The notes under the pieces were generated by a model. That model saw only the letters and a program-made list of their open reading frames with translations. It ran no database searches and was not told where the DNA came from. DNA of 64,000 nucleotides from Azolla caroliniana (Eukaryota; Plantae; Polypodiophyta). This document shows positions 60,128 through 64,000 of the stretch, in pieces (within the stretch, counting starts at the first letter, position 1; every line of letters starts with the position of its first letter). The position numbers were made by a program, and so were the translations under genes. The stretch is taken from contig JBHGNT010000002.1 of assembly GCA_043228905.1 (NCBI GenBank), positions 16,926,001 to 16,990,000 on the forward strand, written 5' to 3'.

Positions 60128-61630
60128 ATGGCTCGTCATCAAGCTTCCTCTCTCCTCAAGGGCCTCACCCTCCTCTCCCCGTCTTATTCCTCCTCCTCCT
60201 CCTCCTCTCCTTCTTCTCCTTCCTTATTGCCTTCTTTCTACTCCTTGATCTCTTCCAGAGCCATGTCCCGCCTCTTCGTCGGTGGCCTCTCCTTCACAAC
60301 CGAAGAGGAAGGCCTGCGCACTGCCTTCAGCAAATTCGGAGAGGTGATCGACGCGAAGGTAGTGAAAGATCGAGAAACCGGAAGATCCAGAGGCTTCGGA
60401 TTCGTGACGTTCATGGAGGACAAAGAGGCGGAGGAGGCGATGAACAAGATGAGTGGCCAATTCTTGGACGGGCGGGTTGTGCGCGTAGACAAGGCGGCGG
60501 CCCGCCCGCCCCCGCCGCCCCGTCCCCCCATGAATCTATCAGTCGATAACATGAACAGCAGTATGGGCGAACCCCCTGTGGCAGAAGATTGGGGAAGTAT
60601 ACCTTCCACCATGGCTGCAGTCCCACAAAACCTCGGTTTGTACGCATCCACAACATCCTCACCCTCACCCTCTGGGCCTGGACATGATGCTGCCTCAGCT
60701 TTGCCAGACTTGAGCACCTTAACATCGTCAGGTTTTCCAAGTAATGGCACTGGCGGCGGAGGAGTAGGAGGATCCGCCATCTCTAATAGCGGGATTAGTC
60801 TCAATGATTCTTCGTCTTTCCCCAATAGTAGCACTAGTAACAATAGTCTGGGGTTTTCAAGTAATGACACTAGTAGAGGTAATCTTCCTTTCTCAACTAC
60901 TAATGTTAACAGCAGTGGTTCATCCCCTTCTACGTTTAGTTTTGATTCTTCACCTCCCACAAAAGCTTCTACTAAGGACACTGGTCCAAGCTTTGGATTC
61001 ATTGATTTGGACTTGAGCAACTTGCCGCCGCCAGATCCAAACCATGTCCCCAGGCGCCGCCCCCCTCGCATTCGGCCCAGTAGTATGGGTGACTATGAGT
61101 TTGGTTACTATATGTCCGAAACCTCAAAGTTCCCTTTCAATACTAATTTTGAGACTGGCATTCCGAGATCGTCGAGTTCCATGTTTGATTTCGAGTTTGC
61201 TGATATTAAGGAAGCAAATGCGATCAAGAAGGCAGAGTGGTTGGCAATAAAGCAAGCCAGAGAGGCTGAGGAAGCGGCAAAGAAAGCCGAGGAAGAAGCC
61301 ATTAAGAAGGCGAAGGAAGATGAAGAAGAAGCCATTAAGAAGGCAAAGGAAGATGAAGAAGCAGCAATTAAAATCGCCAATGACGAAGCTATCAAGCAAT
61401 CGAAAGAAGAAACCAATGAATCGGTAACGGATCCAGTGAGTGTCGAACAGCAGATGGTATCAGATGGAGGTATAGGTGTGAAAGAGAAGAGTGAGGAAGA
61501 AGATGATAAGAAACCCCAAGAGAGCTCTCTACCTTCACAAAATGCTACAACCATAGGATTGTCTCAAGAATCACCTCAAACAAAGGTGTCAGAGGAAGCA
61601 AAACCTGAAGCCCAACAATGTGCTTGTTAA
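60128..61630 (+). CDS. Single-RRM RNA-binding protein (GR-RBP/ORRM-like) with probable organellar transit peptide and long low-complexity tail
   Basis: Ser/Leu/Arg-rich N-terminus without acidic residues; RNP2 LFVGGL; RNP1 RGFGFVTF; Pro/Ser-rich linker; EEEAIKKAKED repeats; single 500-aa ORF. Confidence 0.88.
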   Translation: MARHQASSLLKGLTLLSPSYSSSSSSSPSSPSLLPSFYSLISSRAMSRLFVGGLSFTTEEEGLRTAFSKFGEVIDAKVVKDRETGRSRGFGFVTFMEDKEAEEAMNKMSGQFLDGRVVRVDKAAARPPPPPRPPMNLSVDNMNSSMGEPPVAEDWGSIPSTMAAVPQNLGLYASTTSSPSPSGPGHDAASALPDLSTLTSSGFPSNGTGGGGVGGSAISNSGISLNDSSSFPNSSTSNNSLGFSSNDTSRGNLPFSTTNVNSSGSSPSTFSFDSSPPTKASTKDTGPSFGFIDLDLSNLPPPDPNHVPRRRPPRIRPSSMGDYEFGYYMSETSKFPFNTNFETGIPRSSSSMFDFEFADIKEANAIKKAEWLAIKQAREAEEAAKKAEEEAIKKAKEDEEEAIKKAKEDEEAAIKIANDEAIKQSKEETNESVTDPVSVEQQMVSDGGIGVKEKSEEEDDKKPQESSLPSQNATTIGLSQESPQTKVSEEAKPEAQQCAC

Positions 61631-62524
61631 TCTTTATCTTTCTTTTGATGCTATGATAACTTATCCTTACCTTTAGGGTAACCTTCCGGATTTGCTTTGC
61701 GAGTGTGTTTTATATTCATTACTATATAGATTAAACAATCTCCTATAAGCAACACAATCATTAATGATGATATCTATGTTCAATGTTGGGAAGGTTTTCC
61801 TGTGACCTGATTGAATATGTTGGTTTTTGGCATTTTGATGTCGCTTAAGCCATGTTTTATGGTTTACAATTTTGCACTCAGGCCCTTAGTTTTTGTTTGA
61901 TTTATATCACATAATGAAGTGAATCCTTTTTGATGATTACTGTCAGAAATAGTTCTCTATCTGATGTTCACTTACTATTATAAATCATTGAAGAAGAAGA
62001 AATATGAAACAGGAATTTTCTCTTCATGATTTTTCTTTGCTTTATTGAAGACTTACATTGATTTCATAATCACATGCATATTGGTTTATCTGAGGACTAC
62101 CATCACAAGATGTCAAGCCTTTCTTGATATGTCACAGTAAGTAGCCCATCATCCATTTGACAAAACCTTGGCTACACTTGTAACAGTCCCTGATTTTTTG
62201 ATATGTGTCGTGATGTATGGTTGCCATTGAACTTCAGTACCCGTGTAAATGCCAAACCCATCACCTACACACACTATAATGCATGGATCTCTATGTATCC
62301 TTGCCATTATAGAAGCTTCATGGTATACAAAGACTTTCACTTTATGTTGATGTAGTAGTTTCATAGCATACATTAGCTTTCACTTTCTCTTAATTCGGTT
62401 TTAAATTGATGACATATGAAGCTTTATATGAATTTAGTGTGTTGATATAATACGCTTCTTTCAGCCCAACAAATGGGTGACAGTCCAAATGCATGGCATT
62501 TGAAGACTGAACATATACTACATG

Positions 62525-62760
62525 AGGAGTTGTCATTTGTCAAAGGTAAAGACTTGAAGATATAACAAAATTATGGGAAGATGTGTCATGTCTTATACAA
62601 TATTTGAAATATACAGGAGTTGTCAAAGGTGGAGACTTAATGAAACAAAATTATGAGACGAGGTTATGATGTCTTATGCAAAACATTTGAAGCCTATACA
62701 TAGACTACAAGAGGAGTTGTCAAAGGTAGAGACTTGATGAAACAAAATTATGAGACAAGA
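62525..62760. repeat. Degenerate three-copy repeat
   Basis: GGAGTTGTCAAAGGT.GAGACTT.ATGAAACAAAATTATGAGAC recurs. Confidence 0.6.
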
Positions 62761-63523
62761 TGAGTGGCCAATCATTTTAGAATTAACCCGCACATACTCA
62801 TCATAAGATTAGGAAAAACTACTGAAAACCTATCTCATGATTAGTTATGGTTATGCATGTAACAACTAGTGTATTATTACATTGGAAAAATGTGGAGGCT
62901 CACGATTAACATATCATACGACGTTTGTCGCACTTAACCACAAAACCATATTCTTCATCTAACGAGGAAATTGTACACATCAATACATGTTAGAGTCTGT
63001 CTCTTTGTTTGCCATCATAACCATTGCTTCCATGCGACTTAGCTCACATGCACTACGATGTGAGACCGGGCATTGGGGACAAGTGATGAGAGTAGTTGGG
63101 TATGCAAACTTCACTAGAAACAAGTTCGAGTGTTTGAGTACCACACTTTGATGCAATGCTCTACATTTAATTACATTTGACTATACTTTCTGGACAAATT
63201 TTTGACAAACCCCAATCCTTAACACAAATTTCTCTTACAATTATAAAATGCACTCTCGATTGCAACATTCGTTGGTAAAGTTCTTGAACATGGAGAGTCG
63301 CTACTCACTTCCACATATCTTATGTGCAATGTAAGGTTTTTGGTCTCATAGGTCATATTTGACCTCCGAAGACATAATAAAACCTATCTATCTCCGTGTG
63401 TATAGTTATATATACTTTCTTGGAATAAACAAACACTTTCTGAAAATCAAAAGCAACTCTTTGTTGATTTAGATAAGAAAGTAGAGAAATATGTAATTGT
63501 TGAATGAGAGTTGTCTTGCTCAC

Positions 63524-63810
63524 AACAACAATCAATCAAGAAGAAAATGATATATGTCCAATCACAAATTGTTAAAACATGCTTGGAATATAGGCTGCAA
63601 GGTAAAAAAATAAAATGAGAAAATCCCTCTTATCTACCATAACAACAATCAAGAAGAGAAAGATATATATGCCCGATCATAGATTGTCAAAACATGCGTG
63701 GAATGTAGGATGTATTGTGCAAAAAACAATCAAGAAGAGAATGTTATGTATGCGATCGTAGACAACCAATAATGATCATGCTTGGAATGTATGATGCAAG
63801 GTACAAAAAA
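63524..63810. repeat. Degenerate three-copy repeat
   Basis: AACAATCAAGAAGA..ATATATG...CATGC.TGGAAT.TA.G.TG recurs. Confidence 0.55.
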
Positions 63811-64000
63811 CTAATACGACCAATGACATCATGAAATGGTTTAAAAGATGGGGAGTAGTAAATGATCTCGTGGAACTCTCAGGTGATGCTATGAACTATG
63901 TGATAACTAAGGATAGATTACTTATTGCAACCATTATGTTATGTATCCATTATTTTCACATAGAGAGTTTTTACTAAAACGTAGTAATTCCCCATCTTAG

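Noticed and set aside
60238-61554. Long antisense ORFs over the RRM gene (277 aa and 148 aa)
   Set aside because: Shadows of low-complexity sense codons; no motifs.

Overview
Land-plant nuclear DNA, probably a fern or other non-flowering plant (inferred from the transposon complement, not proven). It holds two host genes: a 7-exon AGD8/9/10-type ArfGAP (minus strand, 16159-24324) and an intronless, probably organelle-targeted RRM protein (60128-61630). Most of the rest is nested retroelements: six Copia copies, an intact chromovirus, a tRNA-Trp-primed Gypsy, LINE fragments and a hAT MITE. Three observations stand out. (1) A Penelope-like element (PLE; 34688-44103) has no C-terminal endonuclease, and its ~1 kb inverted pseudo-LTRs each carry a minimal hammerhead ribozyme, one intact and one G5A-mutated. 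(2) Four different Gypsy-type LTR sequences carry an outward-facing tRNA-like A-box/B-box module near their U3 edge. (3) A non-autonomous LTR element (7896-10813) has tRNA-Arg-type primer sites next to both LTRs. Also seen: Tf1-type self-priming and two -1 frameshift signals. All calls were made by eye; no searches or folding programs were run.
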